Shown: positions 53,567 to 62,705, numbered from the stretch's first letter. The stretch is 64,000 bases of DNA from Alphaproteobacteria bacterium (GCA_965221125.1 CBDCRW010000006.1:800001-864000); one strand, 5' to 3'. The notes: generated by a model from the sequence alone, not told the origin. Translations and numbers: made by a program.

Positions 53567-53767
53567 GTCGAGAACGGTCAGGCGCATCGACCGGCGCCGG
53601 ATCATTCGTCATTCTCGTGACGGCGGGGGGCCGCGCGCACCAGCAAGGGCGCCGGCCCCCCGGCTTGCATCGGGGAGGGCGGAGACGAACGCGATGAAAC
53701 GAGCCGTGCCGGGCCGCGCAGGTGCGCGTATCGCGGCAACGGCGCAGAGAGCCAAGCGGGAGCCAAC

Positions 53768-55012
53768 ATGCAGCATGTGATCGTGGGTGCCGGCCCGGCC
53801 GGCGTGGTCGCTGCCGAAACCCTGCGCAAGGGAGACCGGGCCGCCGACATCGTCCTGATCGGCGACGAGGCGGAGCCGCCCTACTCGCGGATGGCGATTC
53901 CCTACGTCCTCGAAGGCATGATCGAGGAGGGCGGGACTCATCTGCGCAAGACCGACGGGCACTACGAGGGGCACGGCATCCAGTACCGGCAGGGCCGGGC
54001 CGAATCCGTGGCGCCGGCGGACGGCACGCTCACGCTCGCCGGCGGCGAGACGGTCTCCTACGACCGCCTGCTGCTCGCCACCGGGGCGACGCCGCTGAGC
54101 CCGCCGGTGCCGGGCCTCGATCTGCCGGGCGTGCACAACTGCTGGACGCTCGCGGACTGCCGCAAGATCGCAGCCCTCCTCAATGCCGATGCCAACGTCG
54201 TGCTGATCGGCGCGGGCTTCATCGGCTGCATCATCATGGAGGCGCTGGCCAAGCGCTGCGGCACGCTCGCGGTGGTCGAGATGGAAGACCGCATGGTCTC
54301 GCGCATGATGGACGAGACCGCAGGCGGCATGCTGCAACGCTGGTGCGAGGCCAAGAACATCCGGGTGCTCACGTCCGCGCGGGTCACCGGGATCGAGGCG
54401 CAGGAGGGTGCGGCCGGCGACAAGGCGGTGGTGCTCGACAGCGGCGAGAGGCTGGACGCCCATCTGGTCGTGATGGCCGTCGGCGTCGCCCCCAACGTGG
54501 GCTTCCTCGAAGGCAGCGGAATCAAGACCGACCACGGCGTGCTCGTCGACCAGCACCTGGAGACGAGCACCGAGGGCGTGTTCGCCGCCGGCGACGTGGC
54601 GCAAGGCCTCGATTTCTCCACCGGCGAATACTCGGTGCACGCGATCCAGCCGACCGCGACCGAGCACGGCCGCATCGCCGCGCTCAACATGCTGGGCCGC
54701 CGCGCGCACTACAAGGGCAGCCTCAACATGAACGTGCTCGCCACCGTGGGCCTCGTCTCCAGCTCGTTCGGGAGCTGGGACGGCGTCGGCGGCGACAGCG
54801 GCGTCGCCGTGGACGAGGACGGGTTCAAGTACCTCCGGCTCGAGTTCGACGGCGACACCCTGGTCGGCGCGCTCGGGCTCGGGCTCACCGACCATGTCGG
54901 CGTGATCCGCGGCCTGATCCAGAACAAGACGGCGCTCGCCGACTGGAAGGAGAAGCTGCTGGAGAACCCCCACCGCGTGATGGAGGCCTACGTCGCCCAC
55001 AGCCAGGTCTGA
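53768..55012 (+). CDS. FAD/NAD-dependent oxidoreductase subunit (AorC-like)
   Basis: IVGAGPAG, PPYSR, LLATG, IGAGFIG, FAAGDVA. Confidence 0.88.
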   Translation: MQHVIVGAGPAGVVAAETLRKGDRAADIVLIGDEAEPPYSRMAIPYVLEGMIEEGGTHLRKTDGHYEGHGIQYRQGRAESVAPADGTLTLAGGETVSYDRLLLATGATPLSPPVPGLDLPGVHNCWTLADCRKIAALLNADANVVLIGAGFIGCIIMEALAKRCGTLAVVEMEDRMVSRMMDETAGGMLQRWCEAKNIRVLTSARVTGIEAQEGAAGDKAVVLDSGERLDAHLVVMAVGVAPNVGFLEGSGIKTDHGVLVDQHLETSTEGVFAAGDVAQGLDFSTGEYSVHAIQPTATEHGRIAALNMLGRRAHYKGSLNMNVLATVGLVSSSFGSWDGVGGDSGVAVDEDGFKYLRLEFDGDTLVGALGLGLTDHVGVIRGLIQNKTALADWKEKLLENPHRVMEAYVAHSQV

Positions 55013-55073
55013 GCGGCGACGGCAGCTGCGGCGGCAGCGGTGACGAGGCGGCGACGCCAGCCGTGAAGACGCC

Positions 55074-55325
55074 ATGAAGGTGAGCGTCAAGCTCTACGCG
55101 CTGCTCAGCGATTATCTCCCCGCCGGCGCCGTGGACAACCAGGTCGAGATCGAGCTGCCCGAAGGGACGACGCCGGAAGACGTCTTCGCCAGGTTCAACC
55201 TGCCCCGGCAGTACTGCTCCATCGTGCTGGTGAACGGCGTCTACGTGGAACCGAGTGAGCGCAGCTCCCACGCGCTCAGCGAGAACGACACGCTGGCGAT
55301 CTGGCCGCCCGTGGCCGGCGGCTGA
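55074..55325 (+). CDS. MoaD/ThiS-like sulfur carrier (AorD-like)
   Basis: MKVSVKLYA...LVNG...IWPPVAGG C-terminus. Confidence 0.9.
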   Translation: MKVSVKLYALLSDYLPAGAVDNQVEIELPEGTTPEDVFARFNLPRQYCSIVLVNGVYVEPSERSSHALSENDTLAIWPPVAGG

Positions 55326-55378
55326 GCCGCCGCTGCGGCCGCGAGCCCCCGGCATCCGCTCCAGCACGAGCCGCACCC

Positions 55379-55666
55379 GTGCCCGCGACTCTCACGGTCG
55401 AGAAGGAGATGGCGACCGATGCCCGCGAGTTCCGGCGCACGCTGCGGCGCGCGCTGCCGGAGGCCGAGATCGCGGAGGACGGCGACACCATCACGGTCCG
55501 CGAAGGCGACGGCACGCTGGAGATCACGCTCTCGGCCGAGCGCGAACGCAAGATCGGCCTGCTCGCGCTTCCGGTCATCACCGCGCGGTTCCACTACAGC
55601 GGCTACGACGATCCCGCCGCGCACCTCGCCCGCCTCGACATCTCCTTCCAGCGGGGCGGCGGGTAA
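55379..55666 (+). CDS. Small hypothetical protein ending in FQRGGG (probably AorE-like)
   Basis: 95 aa, codon pattern like its neighbours, co-oriented at the end of the aor operon. Confidence 0.7.
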   Translation: MPATLTVEKEMATDAREFRRTLRRALPEAEIAEDGDTITVREGDGTLEITLSAERERKIGLLALPVITARFHYSGYDDPAAHLARLDISFQRGGG

Positions 55667-55769
55667 TCAGGAGGCAACCGCGCCCGACCTCAAGCCCGAT
55701 CGCGCGTTGCGCTCGCCGATGTTTCCGTCCACCATTCCGAGGCGCCGCAAACAACGAACGGAGGGAGGC

Positions 55770-57859
55770 CAGGAACATTTTTTAGTCATGGCTGAGAGGG
55801 CGGGATGACCGAGAGCGGGCAGGCTTGGGCCGATGAAGGTCCTGGCCGAGCTTGGCTGGGCGGCTGCATGGGGTCCGCGGGGGCCGGTAGGGCTCGGTTT
55901 TCGGGCTCGCCGGGCAAAGCGATCCCGCCGCGCCGTTCGACGGCGCGTCCCGTCGCGCTCTGCGACGCGGTTACGCCCGCAGGATCATGCAGCGGGCGCG
56001 ATCAGGATCGCGTCGAGAGCCTCCTGGGCGCGGGCGGCATAATGCCGGTTGGCCTCGGGCAGGAAGCGGAAGCGCCCGTCGCAGCGCACGATGGCGATGG
56101 CCGCGTTGGTCAGGCAGGAGAGATTGCGCGGCAGGTGGCGCACGTACGCCCGGCAGCGGTCTTCGTCATAGGTGAAGTCGCGCACGTAGTGCAGCCGGTT
56201 CTCGATGTGCCAGTGATTGCGGACCAGAGCCAGAAGCTCCTCGGGCCCGGCGCGGTCTGCGCCGAGCGAGGTCAGGCTCCAGGTCACCTCGACGCTGCGC
56301 TCGCCGGTCTTGAGGATCTCGCGCTCGCGTTCGATGCGCATCGCCTGGCGGCGTCCGTGAAGGTTGGCGTAGCCGTCCCATTCGGCAGCGGAGAGGTCGA
56401 CGACGGCGCAGCGGCGGCGCTCGATGCGGCCATGGCCCTTGTCGACGGTTTCGTGCCAGGGCGCGTCGGAGAAGTCGATCGCCTTGAGGTCTTCGAGGAT
56501 GGTCTCCTGATTGTCCTTCACCGCGGTGACCACGTAGTCGGCGCGACGCCCGAGCAGGCAGCGCGCGGTCTCGTGCTGGGCGTGCATCGCATCGAGGGTG
56601 ACGGTCCGGCCTGCGAGGTCGAGACTGCTGGAGAGTTCGCGCACGGCGGGGATCTCGTTGCTCTTTCTATCGACCTCGACCTGTCCCAGGACCATGCCGG
56701 TCTTGTGCACCAGCGCCGCGACCATCATGCGCCGCCCGTCTTCGGTCTGCTTCGAGGCGCCGCGCAGGTCCTTTCCGTCCATGGCGACCGGGGCGTGCGC
56801 GCCGTCGTGCTGGCCGGTCCACCGGCCGATGGCGTTGTCCAGCGTCTCCGGCGGCAGGGCGGCGAGGATGTTGTGGAAGGTGGTGATCGCGGGCGCGGTG
56901 TAGCGCTTCTTCGAAGGGCTCCAGAACGCGCCGACCGCCTCGAGCTGCTCCTGCGAGAGCAGGGCGGCGAACTGGGCGAAGGCTGTCGAGCCCCGGTAGC
57001 CGGCAAGGCGGGCGGCGACGGCAACCGCCAGCACGGTCTTCAAGGGATAGCGCTTGCCCCGGGCATGGCGGCACTCGGGCACCTCGCCCAGGCACTCGAA
57101 CAGGCTGCGCAGCCGGGGCGCCGTCATCGGCTCGCTGTGTTGCTCGGCGTTCCAGTTCGCCGGGATCTCGGCCCGGCTCAGCGCTTCGGCGGCGCCATCG
57201 CTAAGTTCGAACACGAAGACCTCCTTGGGCTGGCCGTGGTGGCGCCAGCGCGGAGCAGCTCCGGGGTCACGGGCAAAGCCGCGCGTCATCCCCAGCGAGC
57301 GCCAGTTCGACGCGCGGTAGCAGGTGCCGGCGAAGCGCGCGGGATCGACGAAGGTCTCGGCCAGGAGCGCCGGGTATCCATGCACCGCCTGGGTGTCCGC
57401 AGACAGCCGCCGCAGGCTCAGCCCCAGAACCCGCGAGGCCAGGTTGGGAACCCGCTCAGGCGTCAGGATCACGAAGCGCGAGTTGTTCGCGATCAGATGC
57501 AGGCGCCGGAACTGCTGCTCCGCCGACCAGCCGATCCAGCGGTCGCGCGCGGCCAGCTTGAACGCGCCCGGCTGCCAGCCGATCAGGGCGAGCCAGGTCT
57601 CGCCATGCACCGCGACATGGCGCAGCCCCTTGCCGACGACGCCGTGGAATCGCAGGTAGTGGTGCTCCTCCACCAGCCGGTCCCAGCGCCGGTGCTCCCG
57701 CGCGCCCCAGGTCGGGCGCACCGTGACCGCACGCAGATCAATGGACGAATCCAGGCCCGGCAACGTCGCCATGGCCGCTACACTGCCACAGCGAAAACGA
57801 AATGACCAGCGCCGCGATCACCTCACGCCGCTCGCCGGGCGGACAAAAAACGAGCCCTG
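55770..57859 (-). mobile_element. Complete ISAs1-family insertion sequence, 2090 bp, with a 10-bp target site duplication
   Basis: GGAGGGAGGC at 55760-55769 and 57860-57869; ends read inward CAGGAACATTTTTTAGTC and CAGGGCTCGTTTTTTGTC; encloses a single transposase ORF. Confidence 0.92.
55985..57772 (-). CDS. ISAs1-family DDE transposase with N-terminal DUF4338 domain
   Basis: C-terminal part: R.ARGKRYPL, MDGKDLRG, KSNEIP, TLDAMH, VKDNQ, HGRIERR, HWHIENRLHYVRD..YDED. N-terminal part: HHYL, RDRWIGW, NNSRF, NLASR, ETFVD..RFAGTCYRASNW. Confidence 0.92.
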   Translation of the reverse strand: MATLPGLDSSIDLRAVTVRPTWGAREHRRWDRLVEEHHYLRFHGVVGKGLRHVAVHGETWLALIGWQPGAFKLAARDRWIGWSAEQQFRRLHLIANNSRFVILTPERVPNLASRVLGLSLRRLSADTQAVHGYPALLAETFVDPARFAGTCYRASNWRSLGMTRGFARDPGAAPRWRHHGQPKEVFVFELSDGAAEALSRAEIPANWNAEQHSEPMTAPRLRSLFECLGEVPECRHARGKRYPLKTVLAVAVAARLAGYRGSTAFAQFAALLSQEQLEAVGAFWSPSKKRYTAPAITTFHNILAALPPETLDNAIGRWTGQHDGAHAPVAMDGKDLRGASKQTEDGRRMMVAALVHKTGMVLGQVEVDRKSNEIPAVRELSSSLDLAGRTVTLDAMHAQHETARCLLGRRADYVVTAVKDNQETILEDLKAIDFSDAPWHETVDKGHGRIERRRCAVVDLSAAEWDGYANLHGRRQAMRIEREREILKTGERSVEVTWSLTSLGADRAGPEELLALVRNHWHIENRLHYVRDFTYDEDRCRAYVRHLPRNLSCLTNAAIAIVRCDGRFRFLPEANRHYAARAQEALDAILIAPAA

Positions 57860-57871
57860 GGAGGGAGGCAA

Positions 57872-58315
57872 ATGGCGTATACGCGAGCGAAGGTCGTCGA
57901 GGAGATCAGCGCATCGGCTGACCGTGTTTTCGGCGAGATCGGGGCATTCAACAATTTGCCGGTGATCATGGCCGCCGCCATCACGCGGAGCACGCTCAAC
58001 AAGAAGGGAACGGTGCGAACGCTCAAGATCAAGGGTGCGAAAGGCACGCTCGACGAAACGCTGCTGAAGTACGATACGGCGACGCGCACGCAGATCTACA
58101 CGATCACCGACGATGCCAACGACCTGGCGCCCTTCAACGATTACACCGCGACGATCAAGGTGAAGCCGATCACGTCGCGGCGCTCTGCGGTCGAATGGAC
58201 CAGCCGCTTCGTGCCGAAGAGGGGCAAGACCAAGGCGGAATGCATCGACTTCGCCGAAGGCATCTACCGCCTCGGTATCCAGGGCACGCGGGACGTGCTC
58301 GGGGTCAAGAAGTAG
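57872..58315 (+). CDS. SRPBCC (polyketide cyclase/dehydrase-like) protein
   Basis: ISASADRVF..IG.F, GTVRTL, YTATIKV, VEWTSRF, IYRLG. Confidence 0.8.
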   Translation: MAYTRAKVVEEISASADRVFGEIGAFNNLPVIMAAAITRSTLNKKGTVRTLKIKGAKGTLDETLLKYDTATRTQIYTITDDANDLAPFNDYTATIKVKPITSRRSAVEWTSRFVPKRGKTKAECIDFAEGIYRLGIQGTRDVLGVKK

Positions 58316-58346
58316 CGCACGACGCGACGATCCGCCGCCGCAGCGG

Positions 58347-59099
58347 TCAGCCGCGCGGCGGCGGATAGATCACCGCTTCGAGGTAGAGCCCCCAGGCCGG
58401 CGCCGTCGGGCCGCACCGGCTCCGGTCGCGGGCGGCGAGCGCGGCGCCCACGTCGGCCGGCGTCCGCCGGCCTTCGCCCACGTCGACCAGCGTCCCCACC
58501 ATGGCGCGCACCTGGTGGTGGAGGAAGGACCGCGCCCAGGCGCGGATCGCGATCTCTTCGCCTCTGCGGCTGACGGCGAGGCTCTGCAGGGTGCGGACAG
58601 GCGAGTTCGCCTGGCACCTGGCGGCGCGAAAGGTCGTGAAGTCGTGGGTGCCTTCCAGCAGACGCGCGGCTCGGGCCATGGCGCCGGTATCGAGCGGGCG
58701 CGGCAGGTGCCAGGCGCGCTTGTGCGCGAGCGCGGGCGGCGCCTTGCGATTGACGATCCGGTAGAGATAGACGCGCGCGGTCGCATCGCGCCGCGCATCG
58801 AAGGCGGGCGGCACCTCCGCCGCGTCGAGGACGGTGACCGGCGCCGGCCGCAGGTGCGCGTTGAGCGCATCGCGCAGCACGTGCGGCGCGGCGTCTTGGG
58901 CGAGGTCCAGGTGGCAGCACTGGCCCTGCGCGTGAACGCCGGAATCGGTCCGGCCCGCGCCATGCACCCTGACCTGCTCGCCGCAGAAGCGCTCGACCGC
59001 GCGCTCCAGCGCCTCCTGCACCGAGCGCCCGTCGCCCTGGTGCTGCCAGCCGACGAAGCCGGTGCCGTCGTATTCGAGGGTCAGCCTGTAGCGGGGCAT
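58347..59099 (-). CDS. truA: tRNA pseudouridine(38-40) synthase
   Basis: EYDGT.FVGWQ, AGRTDSGVHA, HDFTTFR, SFLHHQVR. Confidence 0.97.
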   Translation of the reverse strand: MPRYRLTLEYDGTGFVGWQHQGDGRSVQEALERAVERFCGEQVRVHGAGRTDSGVHAQGQCCHLDLAQDAAPHVLRDALNAHLRPAPVTVLDAAEVPPAFDARRDATARVYLYRIVNRKAPPALAHKRAWHLPRPLDTGAMARAARLLEGTHDFTTFRAARCQANSPVRTLQSLAVSRRGEEIAIRAWARSFLHHQVRAMVGTLVDVGEGRRTPADVGAALAARDRSRCGPTAPAWGLYLEAVIYPPPRG

Positions 59100-60028
59100 G
59101 GCAGCTGCGTGCCCGCCGCGATCGGCCGGCCCCGGAGGAAGGCGTCCGCCGCCATCGGCGCCTTGCCGGCGCGCTGAAGGCGGAGCGGGCGCAGCGCCGA
59201 GCCCTCCCCGCAGGCGACGGTGAGCGCCGCGTCGATGACCGTCCCCGGCGGCGCATCCGGTGAGCCAACGGCCTCCGCCGCGGCCAGCACCTTGATGCGC
59301 TCGCCCTCATGGCTGAACCAGGCGCCGGGTGCGGGGTTGAGCGCGCGCACGGTGCGCTCGATGCGCGCTGCCGGCGTGCGCCAGTCGATGGCGTCGTCGT
59401 GCTTCTCCAGCTTGGCCGCGTAGGTCGCGCCGTCGTCGGGCTGCGGCGTCTCGGTGAGCGTACCCTGCACGAGCCCGGCGACCGCGTCCACGATCAGCCG
59501 GGCGGAAAGTGCCGCGAGCGTGTCGTGCAGCGAACCGCCGGTGGTCTCCGGCCCGATGGGCACCGTCTCCGCCGCAAGGACGGGGCCGGTGTCGAGACCC
59601 TCGTCCATCCGCATGACGGTGACGCCGGTCTCCTTATCGCCCGCCATGATCGCGCGCTGGATCGGCGCCGCGCCCCGCCAGCGCGGCAGCAGCGAGGCGT
59701 GGGCGTTGATGCAGCCGAGCCGGGGCGCGGCGAGTGCGGCAGGCGGCAGGATCAGGCCGTAGGCGACCGTCACCGCGAGGTCGGAGTCCAGCGCCGCGTA
59801 TGCGGCCTGCACCTCCGCCGGCTTGAGGCTCGGCGGGGTTCTCACCTCGATCCCGGTGGCCCCGGCGCGCTCGGCGACCGGCGTCGGGCGCACCCTCTTG
59901 CCGCGCGCGGCGGCCCGCGGCGGCTGGGTGTAGACGGCCGCGATGGAATGGCCGCGCGCAACGAGCGCGTCGAGGGTGGGGACCGCATAGGCCGGCGTTC
60001 CCATGAACACCAGCCTGGCGGGTCTCAT
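59081..60028 (-). CDS. fmt: Methionyl-tRNA formyltransferase
   Basis: FMGTP, VAYGLIL, INAHASLLPRWRGAAP, GLDTG. Confidence 0.97.
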   Translation of the reverse strand: MRPARLVFMGTPAYAVPTLDALVARGHSIAAVYTQPPRAAARGKRVRPTPVAERAGATGIEVRTPPSLKPAEVQAAYAALDSDLAVTVAYGLILPPAALAAPRLGCINAHASLLPRWRGAAPIQRAIMAGDKETGVTVMRMDEGLDTGPVLAAETVPIGPETTGGSLHDTLAALSARLIVDAVAGLVQGTLTETPQPDDGATYAAKLEKHDDAIDWRTPAARIERTVRALNPAPGAWFSHEGERIKVLAAAEAVGSPDAPPGTVIDAALTVACGEGSALRPLRLQRAGKAPMAADAFLRGRPIAAGTQLPCPATG

Positions 60029-60053
60029 GATGTCCTGCGCGGGGAAAGGCGTG

Positions 60054-60569
60054 TCAGCCGGCGGCGGCGCGGCGCGCCTTGGTCAGCTTGCGCAGGATGA
60101 TGCTGCGCTTGACCAGCGACAGGTAGTCCACGAAGAGCACGCCCTCCAGATGGTCGATCTCGTGCTGCAGGCAGACGGCGAGCGTGCCGACGGCCGTCAG
60201 CTCCTGCGCCGCCCCGGTCTCGTCCTGATAGGCCACCGTCACCGACGCCGGCCGCTCCACCTCCGCGTAGTGTTCGGGGAAGGAGAGGCAGCCTTCCTCG
60301 CGGCTCACGCGCTCGTCCGCGCGCCACACGATCTCGGGGTTGACCAGCTTGAGCGGCGCCGGCGGCTCGTCCGGCACGTGCACGTCGGTCACGATGCAGC
60401 GCCTGGGCACGCCGACTTGGATGGCGGCGAGGCCGATGCCGTCCGACGCGTACATCGTCTCCAGCATGTCGTCGAGGAGCGCACGCACCTCGTCGTCGAC
60501 CGCGTCGACGGGCGCGGACCGCGCCTTCAGCCGCTTGTCGGGCGCGGTGATGATCGGGCGTATGGCCAT
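60054..60569 (-). CDS. def: Peptide deformylase
   Basis: GIGLAA, EGCLS, QHEIDH. Confidence 0.97.
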   Translation of the reverse strand: MAIRPIITAPDKRLKARSAPVDAVDDEVRALLDDMLETMYASDGIGLAAIQVGVPRRCIVTDVHVPDEPPAPLKLVNPEIVWRADERVSREEGCLSFPEHYAEVERPASVTVAYQDETGAAQELTAVGTLAVCLQHEIDHLEGVLFVDYLSLVKRSIILRKLTKARRAAAG

Positions 60570-60636
60570 CGCAATCGGTGCAGGCAGAGCCGTTGCTTAG
60601 CTATGACGCCGGGTGGCCGAGGTCAAGCGCGTGCGC

Positions 60637-61605
60637 TCAGCCTTCGGCCTTGGGGCGCACCTCCTCGGCGAACTCCGTGATGGCGTCGAGGGTCTCCTCG
60701 ATGCTCTCGCGCAGGAACTGCAGCAGCAGGTGGCGGCAGCCGAGCGCGCGGAGCGCCCGGATGTCGCCCGCGATGTCGTCGGCCGCGCCGGAGAGCAGCA
60801 TCCGCTCGCCCGTATCGGTCATGATCGGCTCCCGGTCCGCGCCGTACCAGACGGCCCAGAAGGCGAGGTCGATCTCCGCCGGGTCGCGGCCTTCGGCCTC
60901 CGCCATGGCGCGCAGATCGTCGAGGGAGGCGGAGAAGCGGCCGATGGTGTCCAGCGGGAAGCGCGGGTTGCAGCCGATGGGGAACCAGGCGTCGCCGTAG
61001 CGCGCCGTGCGGCGCTTCGCCGGCTTGCTTTCACCGCCGACCCAGATGGGCGGGTGCGGCTGCTGCACTGGCTTCGGGTGGAACAGGATGTTGTCGAAGG
61101 AGGTGAATTCGCCCTCGTACTTCGGCGCATCGGCGGTCCAGAGCTCCTTGTAGATGCGGAGGTACTCGTCGGTGGCCCGGCCGCGGGCGTCGAACGGCGG
61201 CGCGCCGACGGGCGGGAACTCCTCGGCCATCCAGCCCGCGCCGACGCCCACGATCACGCGCCCGCCGGAGAGCAGGTCGATGGTCGACAGCAGCTTCGCG
61301 GTCAGCACCGGCTGGCGGTAGGGCACGACCATCACCGAGGTGAGCAGCCGCATCTCCTGCGTGATGCCCGCGAGGTAGGCCATGAGCGCGATCGGCTCCA
61401 GGCACTCGCCGGCGAGCAGGGTGGGGAAGTTCAGCGAGCCGTCGGGCGAATAGGGGTAGGGCGAATCGATGCCCTTGGGCACCACGATGTGGTCCGGGAT
61501 CGCGAGAATGCGGTAGCCGAGTTTCTCGCCGTGCTGGGCGATGGTCCCGATGTGCTCCGGCACGGCCAGCGGCCCGCCGTTGGGTACGTTGAAGCCGTAT
61601 TCCAT
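60637..61605 (-). CDS. LLM-class (probably F420-dependent) oxidoreductase
   Basis: PDHIVVP...YPY, DLLSGGR, GAGWMAEEF, PKPVQ.PHPPIWVGG. Confidence 0.85.
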   Translation of the reverse strand: MEYGFNVPNGGPLAVPEHIGTIAQHGEKLGYRILAIPDHIVVPKGIDSPYPYSPDGSLNFPTLLAGECLEPIALMAYLAGITQEMRLLTSVMVVPYRQPVLTAKLLSTIDLLSGGRVIVGVGAGWMAEEFPPVGAPPFDARGRATDEYLRIYKELWTADAPKYEGEFTSFDNILFHPKPVQQPHPPIWVGGESKPAKRRTARYGDAWFPIGCNPRFPLDTIGRFSASLDDLRAMAEAEGRDPAEIDLAFWAVWYGADREPIMTDTGERMLLSGAADDIAGDIRALRALGCRHLLLQFLRESIEETLDAITEFAEEVRPKAEG

Positions 61606-61718
61606 TCCCTTGTCCCGTCAGGTTGGAGGTTCACCCTGGCATGCCGCCTTGCGGGCGACGGCGCACGTTCTAGCCCGGATTTCTCGTCACTGTCACGGCC
61701 CGCGTCGCGGCGGGACGC

Positions 61719-62705
61719 TCACACGTAGCCGTTGGCCTCGAACCAGCTCAGCGCATCGGCCAGCGCTTCGCGTGCGGGCCGGGCCGTGTAGCCGAGCTCG
61801 CGTTCGGCCTTGGCGGACGAGAAGAACATCATCTTGCGTGCCATGCGCAGGCTGTCGCGGGTGAGTCTCGGCTCGCCGCCCGCGATGCGCGCCCAGGCTT
61901 CGCCGGCGGCGGCCACCGGCGCGAGCATGCGGTGATTCAGTCGGATGCGCGGCGCGGGCCGCCCCGTGATCCCGGCCAGGCATTCGAGGATCTCGCGCAG
62001 GCTCATGTCCTCGCCGCCGAGGATGTAGCGCTCGCCGATTGCGCCACGCTCCAGCGCCTGCAGGTGCCCGGCGGCGCAGTCGTCGACGTGGACCACGTTG
62101 AGCCCGGTATCGACGTAGGCCGGCATGCGCCCCGTGGCAAAGTCGACGATGATCCGCCCGGTGGGCGTCGGCTTGATGTCGCGCGGGCCGATGGGGGCGG
62201 AGGGGTTGACGATGACCGCCGGCACGCCTTCGTCGCGCACCAGCGCGCGCACGGCCTCCTCCGCCAGGAACTTCGAGCGCTTGTAGTGGCCGATCATGGC
62301 GGCCTCGGTTACCGGCGTCTCCTCGTCGGCGGGCGTGCGGTCGGCGTTGAGGCCCAGGGTGGCGACGCTCGACGTGTAGACGATGCGCGTGGCCCCGGCG
62401 GCGGCGGCGGCGCGCAGCAAATCGCGGGAGCCCTCCACGTTGGTGCGGTAGATCGCCGGCGGATCGGGAATCCAGAGGCGATAGTCGGCCGCCACGTGAA
62501 AGAGCGTGTCGCAGCCGCGCGCGGCGCGTTCCAGCGAGGGACGGTCGTTGAGGTCGCCGGTCGCGCGTTCCACGTCGAGTCCGTCGATGTTGCGCGTGTC
62601 AGTGCCGGTCCGCGTCAACACGCGCACCGCGTGGCCGGCGTCGAGCAGCGTGCGCGCGACAGCCGAGCCGAGGAAGCCGGTCGCGCCGGTGACGAGCGTG
62701 GTCAT
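61719..62705 (-). CDS. hpnA: HpnA-like NAD-dependent epimerase/reductase
   Basis: TGATGFLG, HVAADYRLW, YKRSK, VNPSAPIGPRDIKPTPTG. Confidence 0.85.
   Translation of the reverse strand: MTTLVTGATGFLGSAVARTLLDAGHAVRVLTRTGTDTRNIDGLDVERATGDLNDRPSLERAARGCDTLFHVAADYRLWIPDPPAIYRTNVEGSRDLLRAAAAAGATRIVYTSSVATLGLNADRTPADEETPVTEAAMIGHYKRSKFLAEEAVRALVRDEGVPAVIVNPSAPIGPRDIKPTPTGRIIVDFATGRMPAYVDTGLNVVHVDDCAAGHLQALERGAIGERYILGGEDMSLREILECLAGITGRPAPRIRLNHRMLAPVAAAGEAWARIAGGEPRLTRDSLRMARKMMFFSSAKAERELGYTARPAREALADALSWFEANGYV

Noticed and set aside
53694-53780. 28-codon ORF between aorB and aorC
   Set aside because: No motif, and short ORFs are expected by chance at this GC content.
55985-57772. Druantia anti-phage system
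   Set aside because: DUF4338 is fused to a transposase within IS ends; no DruE helicase or other dru genes are present.
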